Assembly (NCBI RefSeq): GCF_000737315.1
Contig: NZ_JMCB01000002.1
Span: 20,001 to 268,000, forward strand
DNA: 248,000 bases
Direction: 5' to 3'
DNA from: Hyalangium minutum
GTDB lineage: Bacteria; Myxococcota; Myxococcia; Myxococcales; Myxococcaceae
Positions 121,452 through 132,109 of this stretch are shown here, one piece after another. The notes under the pieces were generated by a model, which saw only the letters and a list, made by a program, of their open reading frames with translations, did not search any database and was not told where the DNA came from. Made by a program: the position numbers and the translations under genes. Position 1 is the stretch's first letter, and the number at the start of each line of letters is the position of its first letter.

Positions 121452-122690
121452 CTACATCCTCCCGAGCGCGTGCAACCCCAGGCCGGCCACGGCCGCCAAG
121501 GCGATGACGGCCATGGGGGTCAGCCGGGCCTTGGAGCGGAAGAGGACGGCGAGGGCCACGGCGAAGACGAGCCCGGTGGGCACGTCATGCACGGCGGCGC
121601 GCAGCAAGGGGAGCGCGGTGCCACCAATGAGGCCCACGACGCCCACAGTGACGCCCTCGAGGAAGACGCGGGCGCGCGGGTGGTGGAGCATGCGCTCCAG
121701 CGGGTCATGGGCGAGCAGCGTCAGCCCGAAGGCCGGGGCGAAGATGCCGGCGGTGATCGCCAGGGCTCCGGCCAAGCCGCCTCCGAGGTAGCCCACGAAG
121801 GTGCCGAAGATGATCAAAGGAGAAGGCAGCACTCCGCCAAGCGCGAGCCCATCGAGGAACTGCGCATCGGTCATCCACCCGCCCCGAGCCACCGCGTCAT
121901 TCTGGAGGAAGGGGATGGCGGTGTAAGCGCCACCGAAGGTCAGCAGGCCGGCGCGCAGGCCGGAGACGAGCAGGGAGAGCGTGCTCGGAGGCGCTCCGTT
122001 GGGAGCGGCGGCCGAGGCGGTGAGCGGCGCGGCGCTCTCGGGGGCATGGAAGGCGAGGAACAGGCCCACGCCCGTGGCGCACGCGGCGGTGAGGGCCAGT
122101 GCTCCCGCGCGCGAGCCTGCCTGGAGAAGTACGGTGGTGAGGCCGGCCCAGATGAGCGTGAGGGCGAAGTGCACCCCGAGCAGCTGGGCCACTGCGGCCA
122201 GCCCGGCGATGGCGAGCAACGGGCGCGACGTGAGCGAGTGGCCGCCGATGCGGTGGACGGCGCGGACGATGAGGGCGGCGACGGCGGCCTGCACCATCGT
122301 GAAGGCGGCCTTCACCCAGGGTGAACCCAGCCCGAAGTGCACATAGAGCCACGAGCACAGGAGCATGAGCAGGAGTCCAGGGAGCATGAAGCCCAGGCCG
122401 GCCAGCAGCCCGCCCACGCGGCCTCGGGAGAGCATGCCGAAGTAGACGCACAGCTCATGGGCCTCGGGGCCGGGGAGCACCTGGTACAGGGCGAGGGCCC
122501 GGTTGAAGTGGGCGGCGCTGACCCACTTCTCTTCCTCCACCAGCTCCTGGCGGACCATGGCGATCTGCGCGACGGGGCCGCCCCACGCCAGCAGCCCGAA
122601 GCGCAGGAAGCGCCAGAAGAGGCGGGGGAGCGGCTCGGTGGGGACGCGGGGCTCGGCCGACACGGGGCCGTGCGCCTCGGAGGGATTCAA
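121452..122690 (-). CDS. chrA: Chromate efflux transporter
   Basis: WGGPVAQ; LPGPEA; TFGGAY. Confidence 0.88.
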   Translation of the reverse strand: MNPSEAHGPVSAEPRVPTEPLPRLFWRFLRFGLLAWGGPVAQIAMVRQELVEEEKWVSAAHFNRALALYQVLPGPEAHELCVYFGMLSRGRVGGLLAGLGFMLPGLLLMLLCSWLYVHFGLGSPWVKAAFTMVQAAVAALIVRAVHRIGGHSLTSRPLLAIAGLAAVAQLLGVHFALTLIWAGLTTVLLQAGSRAGALALTAACATGVGLFLAFHAPESAAPLTASAAAPNGAPPSTLSLLVSGLRAGLLTFGGAYTAIPFLQNDAVARGGWMTDAQFLDGLALGGVLPSPLIIFGTFVGYLGGGLAGALAITAGIFAPAFGLTLLAHDPLERMLHHPRARVFLEGVTVGVVGLIGGTALPLLRAAVHDVPTGLVFAVALAVLFRSKARLTPMAVIALAAVAGLGLHALGRM

Positions 122691-122843
122691 GGTATCTCCA
122701 CGGGACTCCCGTGACTCTGCTGCCTCCCTCCCTCTCCGTCCAGCAACGAGCTTGTCAACGCCCGGCGGTGAACGCCTCCGCGCCGCTTTTTTACCCTACC
122801 TGCTACGTCCTCATGCTTGGATGGGACCTCTAGGGGAGGGTGT

Positions 122844-123518
122844 ATGCGGGAGAACCTACCGGCGGATTGGAGTGAGGTGTTGAGGGAGTCGCTGGAGTCG
122901 CCCTCGTTCCGGAAGCTCGAGCGCTTCGTGGAGGCCGAGCGCCGCAAGGCCATCGTCTATCCCTCGGAGGAGGAGCTCTTCTCCGCGTTCCGGCTGACGC
123001 CCTACGCCCATGTCCGGGTACTGCTGCTGGGGCAGGACCCGTACCACGGGCCAGGTCAGGCGCACGGGCTGGCTTTCTCGGTGAAGCCGGGAGTGCCCCT
123101 GCCGCCCTCCCTGGTGAACATCTTCAAGGAGCTGCAGAGCGACCTGGGGCCGCCCCTGCGCACGAGCGGCTCGCTGGTACCTTGGGCGGAGCAGGGCGTG
123201 CTGCTGCTCAACGCCGTGCTGACCGTGCGCCAGGGCGAGGCCAACAGCCACGAGGGCCAGGGCTGGGAGGAGTTCACGGACGCAGTCATCCGGGCGGTGA
123301 ACGCGAAGCCGGAGCCGGTGGTGTTCCTGCTCTGGGGGAACTACGCGCGCAAGAAGCGGAAGCTCATCGACACGCAGCGTCATGAAGTCCTCGAGTCTCC
123401 GCACCCCTCGCCGCTCTCGGCCTCGGGAGGCTTCTTCGGCAGCCGCCCGTTCAGCCGCATCAATGAGGCGCTCATGCTCCGAGGGCAGCCTCCCATCGAC
123501 TGGCACCGGGTAGGGTAA
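122844..123518 (+). CDS. ung: Uracil-DNA glycosylase family 1
   Basis: GQDPYHG; HPSPLS. Confidence 0.96.
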   Translation: MRENLPADWSEVLRESLESPSFRKLERFVEAERRKAIVYPSEEELFSAFRLTPYAHVRVLLLGQDPYHGPGQAHGLAFSVKPGVPLPPSLVNIFKELQSDLGPPLRTSGSLVPWAEQGVLLLNAVLTVRQGEANSHEGQGWEEFTDAVIRAVNAKPEPVVFLLWGNYARKKRKLIDTQRHEVLESPHPSPLSASGGFFGSRPFSRINEALMLRGQPPIDWHRVG

Positions 123519-123572
123519 CGTCCCGAGCATTCGGCGAGTCGTCGCGCGGTGCCTCTCTGCTAGGGTAGCCGC

Positions 123573-124073
123573 GTGTCGCTGATCTGGATGCTGATCCACT
123601 TCTTCTGTGCGGTGTTCGCCGCCGTGGGCGTAGGGCTGCTCGTGGCCGGGCTTCGCGATGCCTGGAAGTCCTCCCGCACCCAGAAGTGGCCTCGGGCCCA
123701 GGGCACGGTCGTCTCCACCGAGGAGCTCCAGCACCAGCGGCCCGTGCCCGAAGAGTCCGGCGGCGGCACCCGCATCCACTATGAGGCCCGGATCCATTAC
123801 GAATATTCAGTAGGTCGAGTCCATATCGGCTCGACGGTTGTAAGGCTCGGCCCCACCGAGACCAGCAACGAGAAGCAGGTCCAGGCCACCCTGGCGCGTT
123901 ACCTGCCCGGGCAGACCGTCCAGGTCGCCTACAACCCCCAGGATCCCACCGAGTCCGTGCTGGAAACCGGCCTCCACCCTCTGGACTTCACCCGGGCCAT
124001 CATCGGCGTGATCTTCTTGGTGCTGGCCGTTTCGATGGAGTTCATCGCCCGCTGGTTTGCCGCCTGGCTGTAA
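123573..124073 (+). CDS. DUF3592 domain protein
   Basis: TM-beta-TM; YNPQDP. Confidence 0.75.
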   Translation: MSLIWMLIHFFCAVFAAVGVGLLVAGLRDAWKSSRTQKWPRAQGTVVSTEELQHQRPVPEESGGGTRIHYEARIHYEYSVGRVHIGSTVVRLGPTETSNEKQVQATLARYLPGQTVQVAYNPQDPTESVLETGLHPLDFTRAIIGVIFLVLAVSMEFIARWFAAWL

Positions 124074-124188
124074 TGGTCCTCAGGGGTGGAGAACCCTATC
124101 AGTCGTTATGGAAGCCAGATCGGCCGGATCAGGAGCAACCGTATCGGGAAGCGTGCGATAATCCGTACACTGACTCATTCCAACGAGG

Positions 124189-125226
124189 TTGCTGTCCATG
124201 TCCATCCGCTCTACGAACTCTTCCGGCTCGGGCCTGATCAATCGTCCTGCTACGCAGGACAAGCCCGCCACCCAGGCTCCCGCGCAGAACACTGTCGCTC
124301 AGCAGAAGTCCTCTGGCCTGCCGGACCGGCTGCAGAGCACGTTCGAGCGGGGCAACGAGATCAACAAGAACTGGAACAAGAGCTACTCCACTGACCGCGC
124401 GATGAACACCCCGAAGCTGCCCTCCAAGGGCCTCGGCGGCGCGCTGGCGGGTCTGCTGGGCAAGCTGCCCAAGTACGAGAAGAGCGGCAGCTTCGAGAAG
124501 AGCGTGGCGTACGCGAAGACCGAGGGCAGCTTCGGCGACCCGAACGGCATCGCGTCCGGCAACTACCGCGCCAGCTTCCTCGAGGCCGGCGTGAACGGCA
124601 GCGGCTCGGTGGCCTTCGAGAACGGCGCCCTCAAGGCGCACGGCGAGGTGCACGCGCAGGCCACGCTGATCGACGCGGCGGCGGACTTCCGCGCCAAGCT
124701 CGGGCCTCTGTCGGCCGAGGGCCAGGGCCACGCGTGGGTGGGCGCCAAGGCGAACGCCTCGGGTGACCTGACCATCGACCCGGTGAACGGCAAGTACGGG
124801 CTCGAGGTGGGCGGCGATGCCTTCGTGGGCGCCAAGGCTGGCGTCGAGGGCAAGGTGAGCCTGGGTGAGTACGGCGGCGTCGGTGGCAAGGCCGAGGCCT
124901 GGGCCGGCGTGGGTGTGTCCGCCAACGCCTCCGTGAAGCTGGAGAACGGCCGCTTCAAGGCGCGCTTCGAGCTGGGCGCGGCGCTCGGCATCGGCTTCAA
125001 GCTGGGCTTCAACGTCGACATCAACTTCAAGAAGATCGGCGACGCGGTCAAGAACGTCTTCAAGAAGCCGGTGGAGTTCGTGAAGAACATCGGCAGCAAG
125101 GTGGGCGAGGTGTTCAAGGGCGCCGCTGACGCCGTGAAGGACGTGGGTAGCAAGATCGCCGACGGCGTGAAGGCCGTGGGCAGCGCGGTGGGCGGCGCGC
125201 TCAAGAAGGTGTTCAGCGGCTGGTAA
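124189..125226 (+). CDS. Gly/Ala-rich beta protein with amphipathic C-terminal repeats
   Basis: AWVGAKA/AWAGVG repeats; VKDVGSKIADGVK. Confidence 0.6.
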   Translation: MLSMSIRSTNSSGSGLINRPATQDKPATQAPAQNTVAQQKSSGLPDRLQSTFERGNEINKNWNKSYSTDRAMNTPKLPSKGLGGALAGLLGKLPKYEKSGSFEKSVAYAKTEGSFGDPNGIASGNYRASFLEAGVNGSGSVAFENGALKAHGEVHAQATLIDAAADFRAKLGPLSAEGQGHAWVGAKANASGDLTIDPVNGKYGLEVGGDAFVGAKAGVEGKVSLGEYGGVGGKAEAWAGVGVSANASVKLENGRFKARFELGAALGIGFKLGFNVDINFKKIGDAVKNVFKKPVEFVKNIGSKVGEVFKGAADAVKDVGSKIADGVKAVGSAVGGALKKVFSGW

Positions 125227-125302
125227 GCTGAGGCCCAGCGGTCGCTTTCATTCCTGAGGGCCCACTTCCTAGCGGAGTGGGCCCTCTGCTATTTGGAGAA
125301 GC

Positions 125303-126484
125303 ATGAGCACTCCCAACTTTGAGAAGCTCCTGAAGCAAGGCGACATCGAGAAGGGTCGCAACGAGGCGCAGGCTGCCCTCATGAAGGACCCCAACGATCG
125401 CCGCGCGCTGCTGGCGCTGGCGAAGGTGGCGGCCCTCGAGGGCGATGAGCCGCTGGCCGAGTCGCTCCTGCAGAAGGTGGCGGGCGGCACCGCGGATGAC
125501 GAAGCGGATGCTCAGCTGGTGCGCGCCGCGCTCCACATGCAGAAGGGCGAGTTCGAGCAGGCCGGCGCCATCTACATGAAGCTCGCGGAGGATCCGCCGC
125601 GCGCCGAGGCGCTCTACGGCGTGGGCTACTTCCTCACCGAGGCTGGGCAGAACGAGCTGGCCAAGAAGGCGCTGGTGAAGGCGGTGGAGATGGAGCCGGA
125701 GGTGGGCGTGTACCACTTCCAGCTGGCGCGGGTGCTGTTCGCGATGGGCGAGCTGAAGGGCGCCTTCGAGCACCTGGAGACGTCGCTCAAGCTCAACCCG
125801 GGGCACATCCCCTCGTACGTGGTGATGTCGGTGGCGCTGCAGGCGGGTGGCGAGCTGGAGGCGGCGGAGGACATCCTGCGCTCGGGCTTGAAGGCGTTCC
125901 CGGACGAGCCGCACATGCTGGAGCAGCTGAGCAACGTGCTGGCGGGCAAGGGTGACATCAACGGCGCGGCCGAGGTGGCCGAGCAGCTGGCGAAGGCGCA
126001 GCCCAACCACCCGAGTGCGATTGGCAACCTGGCGCGGTTCCGGATGGCGCAGGGACGGCTGGGCGACGCGCTGTCGCTGTGCCACGCGCTGGCCGAGCGC
126101 GGGATGGCCACGGGGCAGAGCCGCTCGGTGGAGGCCATGGTGTACGAGGCCATGAATCCTCCGGACATCGATGGGGCGCAGGCGGCGTGGCGCGCGGCGG
126201 CGGAGCTGGATCCGGACGACTGGCGGGCGCCGAACAACCTGGGTCTGCTGCTGATGCGTGGGCCGGAGGTGGAGACGATCCGCGAGGGCAGGGATGCGCT
126301 GGAGGAAGCGCACCGCCGCGATCCGGAGCGTCCCGAGCCGCGGCTCAACCTGGCCCTGGCGTGCGTGAAGCTGGGCGACAAGGCCCGGGCGAAGGAGCTG
126401 ACGAAGGACCTGCTGTCGCGCGTCGCGACGCTGGAGCCGGAGCAGCGCGAGCAGGCCGAGCGGCTGGCGAAGCAGCTCGCCTGA
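125303..126484 (+). CDS. TPR protein
   Basis: Multiple TPRs. Confidence 0.8.
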   Translation: MSTPNFEKLLKQGDIEKGRNEAQAALMKDPNDRRALLALAKVAALEGDEPLAESLLQKVAGGTADDEADAQLVRAALHMQKGEFEQAGAIYMKLAEDPPRAEALYGVGYFLTEAGQNELAKKALVKAVEMEPEVGVYHFQLARVLFAMGELKGAFEHLETSLKLNPGHIPSYVVMSVALQAGGELEAAEDILRSGLKAFPDEPHMLEQLSNVLAGKGDINGAAEVAEQLAKAQPNHPSAIGNLARFRMAQGRLGDALSLCHALAERGMATGQSRSVEAMVYEAMNPPDIDGAQAAWRAAAELDPDDWRAPNNLGLLLMRGPEVETIREGRDALEEAHRRDPERPEPRLNLALACVKLGDKARAKELTKDLLSRVATLEPEQREQAERLAKQLA

Positions 126485-126522
126485 GCGGGGGAGCGGAGCT
126501 GGAGCTGGGTGCCCCTGACGCG

Positions 126523-127239
126523 ATGAACAACCCCTCCAGTCGATGGAAGTGGCTGCTGGCGGCAGTGGCGCTGGCGGCCTGCGCGACCACGCCGTTGGGG
126601 AGCGAGGGCCCGGGCTGCGAAGAGGCAGCCGAGGTCGCTCTCTCCGAGGAGGCGTGCGCGGACGAGAGCCGCCTGGTGCCGCTGTGCGCCGGCGAGCAAT
126701 GCGGGCTGTACCGGTGCAGGGAGGTGAAGGAGTTCCTGGTGCTGGGGCGCGTGGTGCTGGCGCGCGGGGCGGCTGCGGTGTTGCCCAACCCCACGGCAGG
126801 AGCCCAGCGCAACTGGGGGAGCGCGCAGGAGTTGCCGCGGGACACGCGGCCTGTGTTCATCATCCCGTGGAGGCACCGGCCGCCGCTGCTGCCCAGTCAG
126901 CAGCAGATGCTGGACGAGGCGGCGAAGGAGCGGAGAAAGCCCCACGAGCAGCACCACATCTTCCCCAGGATGTTCAGGTCCTGGTTTACCCAGCAAGGCA
127001 TCGATATCGACGAGTACGTCATTCTCCTGGAGGTGGAGAAGCATCGGAGCATCCATCGGGGGGCGAACGGTGGACCGTGGAACGATGCCTGGGCTCGGTT
127101 CATCAATAAGCGCAGCAGTGACAGAGTGCCAAAAGAGGAGATCCACAAGTATGCGGGCCAGCTCATCTATGAGTTTGAGCTGTTCGGCCCAGTCATGCGG
127201 TTCAGAAGTCAGTTACCGCCGCTGCCTCTGGGATATTGA
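126523..127239 (+). CDS. TIGR02269/DUF2380 (SitA6-like) toxin lipoprotein, copy 1
   Basis: Lipobox LAAC; LCAGEQCGLYRC; HHIFP..HRSIH. Confidence 0.85.
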   Translation: MNNPSSRWKWLLAAVALAACATTPLGSEGPGCEEAAEVALSEEACADESRLVPLCAGEQCGLYRCREVKEFLVLGRVVLARGAAAVLPNPTAGAQRNWGSAQELPRDTRPVFIIPWRHRPPLLPSQQQMLDEAAKERRKPHEQHHIFPRMFRSWFTQQGIDIDEYVILLEVEKHRSIHRGANGGPWNDAWARFINKRSSDRVPKEEIHKYAGQLIYEFELFGPVMRFRSQLPPLPLGY

Positions 127240-127245
127240 AGTGCC

Positions 127246-127968
127246 ATGCAGTTCTACTGGCTGAAGAGGGTTGAGAATCCGCAGTGCTCGGGTGGATACG
127301 ACTTCGGGCATCAATGGGGCCTGCCCGGGGTTCATTGCCCTATGTGCAACGACACCTGGGCATCCACAGGAGAGACCTATCCGTCGGTGGATCTGTCCCA
127401 GCTGCCTGCCGAGGAGCAGAGGAAATATCTGCCGCGGGTCGAGGAGAACTATGAGGAATTCGAGCGGTTGCGCGAGCAGGTGCGCCCGCTGGTGCCTCCA
127501 GGCGCTCGGCTCTGGCCCGGGACGCAGTTCGGCCCTTTGATTGGCCGAGCCCAGGGGGAGTTTGGCCCGCTGGTGCTGTTCTACGTGTGGGAGCCGTTGA
127601 TGCGGCGCGAGCCCATGGAGCGCTTGCAGGCGGAGGGCCTGAAGGGCTTGAAGGGGTGCCGTACGGCGCTGCGCTTCCGCAAGAAGAACCCGCCGGAGTT
127701 CCTCGAAATGGAGTTGCTGCTTCGGGGCAGACTGCACCCCGGCTGCCTGCCAGAGCTCACTCCTCCTTGTCCTCAATGCAAGGGGGGCAGCGCGAGCTGG
127801 CCGGAGGAGCCTGTCCTGGACGCGTCCACGCTGCCGCAAGACCTGGACCTGTTCCGGCTGGCCGACTTCATGAGGGTCATCGTCACCGAGCGCTTCGTGG
127901 AGGCGGTGCAGCGCCTGAGCTACGCGCAGGACCTCGCCTTCCAGCAACTGCCAGTGCGCGGCGGTTAG
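127246..127968 (+). CDS. Double-CXXCG (SitI6-like) immunity protein, copy 1
   Basis: WGLPGVHCPMC; YPSVDLS; CPQCKG. Confidence 0.85.
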   Translation: MQFYWLKRVENPQCSGGYDFGHQWGLPGVHCPMCNDTWASTGETYPSVDLSQLPAEEQRKYLPRVEENYEEFERLREQVRPLVPPGARLWPGTQFGPLIGRAQGEFGPLVLFYVWEPLMRREPMERLQAEGLKGLKGCRTALRFRKKNPPEFLEMELLLRGRLHPGCLPELTPPCPQCKGGSASWPEEPVLDASTLPQDLDLFRLADFMRVIVTERFVEAVQRLSYAQDLAFQQLPVRGG

Positions 127969-128013
127969 CACACGCTTGTCCCCGCACGGGCGTGTGTCTC
128001 GGTGCGCGTCAGG

Positions 128014-129186
128014 TCAGGGCTGTGTGGAAACCTGATCGGGATCAACTCCAGCGTCAGAGTCCGACGCTGCCGCCAGCGGCATGAGCCACTCCCGAGCCAG
128101 ACCGGCGGCCTCGGCCTTGAGCTGGAACACCTCTTCCGCCACGTCCGAGGCCCCTCGATGGCCGAGGGCACGCAGGCGCTGGCGCAGCGCTTGCTCCAGC
128201 TCCGCGGCGCTCGCGTAGCGCTCCGAGGGCTCCGGCCGGAGCAGCTTGTGGAGGATGAAGCGCGTGGGCTCGGGAACCTCGCGGGCGGCCCGCTCCACCT
128301 CGTCGAAGTTCAGGGAGCGGACGCGCTGGAGGAGCTGATCCAGCTCCTGGCCTGCCAGGACGTGCTGGCGTACCCCCAGCTCCTGAACGAACCCCTCCAC
128401 CGCCCCCAGTGCTTCTGGAGGCAGCAGGGCCAGATCCTTGCCCAGCTGCCGCAGGTCCACCTCCTCCTCCCGCCAGAGCAGGTGCTGGCCCGTCAGCAGC
128501 TCCAACAGGATCAGTCCCAGCGCGAAGAGGTCCGAGCGCCCATCCATGGACCGGCGGAGGATCTGCTCGGGCGAGGCATAGACATCGCGCCCGCCCACGC
128601 GGGCCCGCGAGGACGTCTGCCGGCCGCTGAGCTGGGAGCGCGCCAGCCCGAAGTCCAGCAACTTCACCTGCCCCCGCGGGCCGATGCGGATGCGGTCGGG
128701 GTGGAGGCCTCGGTGGATGATGCCCAGTGGTGCTCCCCGCGCATCCGTGAGCGTATGGGCGTGGTGCAGGGCGCTGGCCACCTCGGCGCCCACGTGGAGC
128801 ACGAACGTCTCGGAGCAGTAGCGTCCGCACAGCAACGCGTCGTTGAAGAGCGCGTCCACGGAGTCTCCCTCGACGTACTCCGTGACGGCGTAGAGGGTGC
128901 CCGCGTGCTCGTGCAGCGCGTACAGGCGGGCGATGGCCGGGTGCGAGAGCCGGGTGGCCAGCTGCGCCTCCTCCACCAGCCTCCGGCGCGCCTTGGGTGA
129001 AGCCTCCGCGGCAACGGTCTTGAGCACCACCTGCTCGCCCACCCGGCCCTGGCGGTGGACCCGCGCCAGCAGCAGCCGCTCGCCCCGGGGGCCCTCGCCC
129101 AGCTCCTGGAGGTGCTCATAGCTCACTTCATCCACGCTGAAGAGGAACGCTCCAGGGGCTGTCGCGGCGGGCTTCTTCTTGGACAT
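128014..129186 (-). CDS. Ser/Thr kinase-like protein, likely pseudokinase
   Basis: HRG replaces HRD; DFG and SPE retained. Confidence 0.75.
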   Translation of the reverse strand: MSKKKPAATAPGAFLFSVDEVSYEHLQELGEGPRGERLLLARVHRQGRVGEQVVLKTVAAEASPKARRRLVEEAQLATRLSHPAIARLYALHEHAGTLYAVTEYVEGDSVDALFNDALLCGRYCSETFVLHVGAEVASALHHAHTLTDARGAPLGIIHRGLHPDRIRIGPRGQVKLLDFGLARSQLSGRQTSSRARVGGRDVYASPEQILRRSMDGRSDLFALGLILLELLTGQHLLWREEEVDLRQLGKDLALLPPEALGAVEGFVQELGVRQHVLAGQELDQLLQRVRSLNFDEVERAAREVPEPTRFILHKLLRPEPSERYASAAELEQALRQRLRALGHRGASDVAEEVFQLKAEAAGLAREWLMPLAAASDSDAGVDPDQVSTQP

Positions 129187-129303
129187 GGGCAGGCTCCTTC
129201 GCTCGGCGGCGCGGGCGGGAGACTACCGTGGGCGTGCCTCGTGCGCGAGTGACCTGGTGAGTAGGAGCAGGCCTCGCGCTGCGGCGCTCCGTGTCAAGGG
129301 GCT

Positions 129304-131094
129304 TTACAAATCATAGTACTTGAATTGCTGCTCCCACCGTTTGGCCGGACGGCTCTGGAGGAGGTTACGGAGGAAGGGACCGTCATCGGAGCCCTCACGA
129401 TCGTTCTTCCACCGCTCAATGGGCATGGAGATGAAGCAGACCGGCAGCTTGCGGCCATCCGGAAGCTCCGCCTCGGTCCAACGGGCCCACGCGTTCCCTT
129501 GGACTGGAATCCAGAGCCGACCGTGGAGGAGCGTTCCTTTGGGGAGGTCTTCGAGCTGGCTCTTATACACACGGCTGACCACCTCCCCGCTGCGGAGGGC
129601 CACCACATCTTCTGTGTTAGGCCGTGAGGCGTCGAGAAAGACGAGGAACGGGGATCCCGTATCCGGGGCTTCGGCATAGGGGAACCACTGCCGCTCAATC
129701 ATGGCGGCGACAATCTTGGGCGGACAGTCTCCTGGGGGAGGTGTGGCCTGCATGGTGGCGCACGCTGTGTTCATGGCCGCCACGGCAGCGGGGACCAGCA
129801 GGCACCACTCGGGGGAGCCGGGGGCAGGAGCGCGCTTCGCGTCGGGAGAGAGGGTCTGGCGCTTCTTCATGGGAGGATCGTCCTTGCGCGTGGCAGGTGG
129901 GGGCAGGGCGCTGGTGGAGGGGGAAGGTGGCTCAGTGACGGGTGACGAGCCAGGGGCCAGGGAGGCTTTGGAAGCTTCGGAAGGCGGAGGGGACATTGGC
130001 GCCACGGGTCGCATCCAGGAGGAGAGGGAACTGGCGGCCAGCGCCAGGCCTCCGAGGCCCCCCGCCAGGACCGCGCCCCACGCGAGCCTTCGGGGGAGGC
130101 GTGCAAGCTGAGGCGGGCCTGCTTCCGCGGACACGTCTGGCTCTTCGCTCCCGGCCGGTGCTGGCAACAGCGCCTCCCATGCGGCGCTCCCGTCGTCCAG
130201 GCTGCCCAGATCGCGCTCCAGCGCCTCGGCGGTGGCGTGCCGCTGGCGGGGATCCTTGGACAACAGCCGCATCACCGCCTGGCTCAATGTCACGGGCAGG
130301 AAGGGGTGGAGCTCATGCGGTGGTGTGGGGATGCGCAGCTCGATCTCTGCATCGAGGCGCTGGCGCTCGGCGGCGGAGAAGAAGGGGCTCTGGCCGGTCA
130401 GCAACTCGTAGAAGGTGACGCCCAGCGCATAGAGGTCGTCCGCCGGTTGGAACTCGTACCGGGCTTCAGGGTCCTCCGCGTGCAGCCGGGCGAAGTGCAG
130501 GGACTCCGGGCTGCGATAGACAGGCGTGCCTGGCGGAAGGTGCTCCTGGGTGAGCGGCGTGGAGTGCGCATAGTCCCCCGCGCCCCAATCCACGATGACG
130601 GGCTCTCCATTGGGGCGCACGAGGATATTGGCGGGCTTGAGGTCGCGGTGGAAGATGCCCTGCTGGTGCGCAGTGCCGAGCGCATCCGCGAGCGCGATGA
130701 AGAGCCGCAGCGCCTGACGCAGGGTGGGGCGGTGGCGCAGGGCCCACACGCGCAAGGTGTCCCCCTGCACGAACTCCATGACGAGGTAGAAGTACCCATC
130801 CTCCAGATCTGGCCAGCGCCCATGGGCCAGGACCCTGACGATATGGCGGTGCTGGAGCCGGAGCAGACACGCCAGCTCCCGCTTCATCCGGTCGTCGGTA
130901 CGCTTCCTGTCATGAGGTGCGCTGGCCGCCCGGCGCAGGGCGAACTTCAGCGCGTAGCTCCGGCCCTGGCGCGTCGCGAGATAGACGACACCAAAGCCCC
131001 CGCTGGACAGCCGCTGCTCGAGGCGGAAGCTGTCCACCATGGCCCCGGGGCTCAAGAAGCCCGGGTGGATGAGGTGGGGAGGGGACCCCTTCAT
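129304..131094 (-). CDS. Ser/Thr kinase
   Basis: SSGGFG; HRDLKPAN; DWG. Confidence 0.88.
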   Translation of the reverse strand: MKGSPPHLIHPGFLSPGAMVDSFRLEQRLSSGGFGVVYLATRQGRSYALKFALRRAASAPHDRKRTDDRMKRELACLLRLQHRHIVRVLAHGRWPDLEDGYFYLVMEFVQGDTLRVWALRHRPTLRQALRLFIALADALGTAHQQGIFHRDLKPANILVRPNGEPVIVDWGAGDYAHSTPLTQEHLPPGTPVYRSPESLHFARLHAEDPEARYEFQPADDLYALGVTFYELLTGQSPFFSAAERQRLDAEIELRIPTPPHELHPFLPVTLSQAVMRLLSKDPRQRHATAEALERDLGSLDDGSAAWEALLPAPAGSEEPDVSAEAGPPQLARLPRRLAWGAVLAGGLGGLALAASSLSSWMRPVAPMSPPPSEASKASLAPGSSPVTEPPSPSTSALPPPATRKDDPPMKKRQTLSPDAKRAPAPGSPEWCLLVPAAVAAMNTACATMQATPPPGDCPPKIVAAMIERQWFPYAEAPDTGSPFLVFLDASRPNTEDVVALRSGEVVSRVYKSQLEDLPKGTLLHGRLWIPVQGNAWARWTEAELPDGRKLPVCFISMPIERWKNDREGSDDGPFLRNLLQSRPAKRWEQQFKYYDL

Positions 131095-132017
131095 GGCGCG
131101 GGCTCAGCGGGGCTCGCGCGATCGTCGCCCGAGAGGCGGGGAAACATGAAAGTCAGGGTCATGGCGGGCTGCTCTTGGGAGGGCACCTTCAGAGACAGAA
131201 TATATTCGCCTCGGGCTGGCGGTTCAGGGCTCAGGACGTCGACCACGACCAGGGCCTCGGGCCGGGGCAGCATGCGCTTCGCGCGCACCCCGCGCACCGT
131301 GAGCTGGTTTGGGGTGGTTGCTGGGGCCGTGAGCGAGGCCTCTTGAAATTCCCAGGGCTGCCCGCTGGGCGGCTGGGGAATGCGCAGGGCAAGCACGAAC
131401 CACCCAGGCCCCGCGTGCACCCACCCGCTGACCTTGAGACTGGAGCGATTCGCGTCCTGGACCTCCGTGATAGTGAGTGGGCTGGTGGAGAGGCCGTGCT
131501 CATCGAGCACACCCGAGACGACAAGGTCCGCCAGGGTGCCCGCCCCTGCCTGAGCCTGGGCCTGGGCGAGCTCCGCCTGGCACGCGGCGAGCGTCTGGAT
131601 GTGCCGGGAGATGTTCACTTGGAGGTCCACCTCGGAGGGCCGCGACACGAGCGCGAGCAGGGCCTCCTGCGGCGTGCTGTCGTCCCGGAAGCGGACGCTG
131701 AGCCACAGCCGTTCATGGGCGTCGAGCTTCACCCGAAGCTGAAGGACGAGAGAGCGCGCGCCGGCATCCACCAGTTGCACGCGCGTGGCATCCAGGACGA
131801 CCGAGTCCTTGTCGATGTCGGCATCGAAGCTCAGCAGGGTGCGCAGGTCTGGTGCCAGGTGGACTTCGGGGACGGGAGCACCTGAGCCCGCCACGGTGAC
131901 ATCGCGCTGTCGCAGGGCGCGAGGGGGCGCAGGTTGGGCTGCGGCGCTGTGGGCGGCCAAGAGAACGGCGAGCATCAACCATCTTGTAGGTAGGGACAGT
132001 GCGAGGTAACCTCCCAC
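131091..132017 (-). CDS. DUF2381 (TIGR02268) family protein
   Basis: PEVHLAP..TLLSFDA; SEVDLQV. Confidence 0.8.
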   Translation of the reverse strand: MGGYLALSLPTRWLMLAVLLAAHSAAAQPAPPRALRQRDVTVAGSGAPVPEVHLAPDLRTLLSFDADIDKDSVVLDATRVQLVDAGARSLVLQLRVKLDAHERLWLSVRFRDDSTPQEALLALVSRPSEVDLQVNISRHIQTLAACQAELAQAQAQAGAGTLADLVVSGVLDEHGLSTSPLTITEVQDANRSSLKVSGWVHAGPGWFVLALRIPQPPSGQPWEFQEASLTAPATTPNQLTVRGVRAKRMLPRPEALVVVDVLSPEPPARGEYILSLKVPSQEQPAMTLTFMFPRLSGDDRASPAEPAP

Positions 132018-132109
132018 GTAGGAAAGCTAGCACAGCCTCCGCGCGTCCTGGTCATCGGGGCCAGGGCCTCTCTGCAGGGGGCGCGGTGTACTCACGAGGG
132101 GAGCGATTC

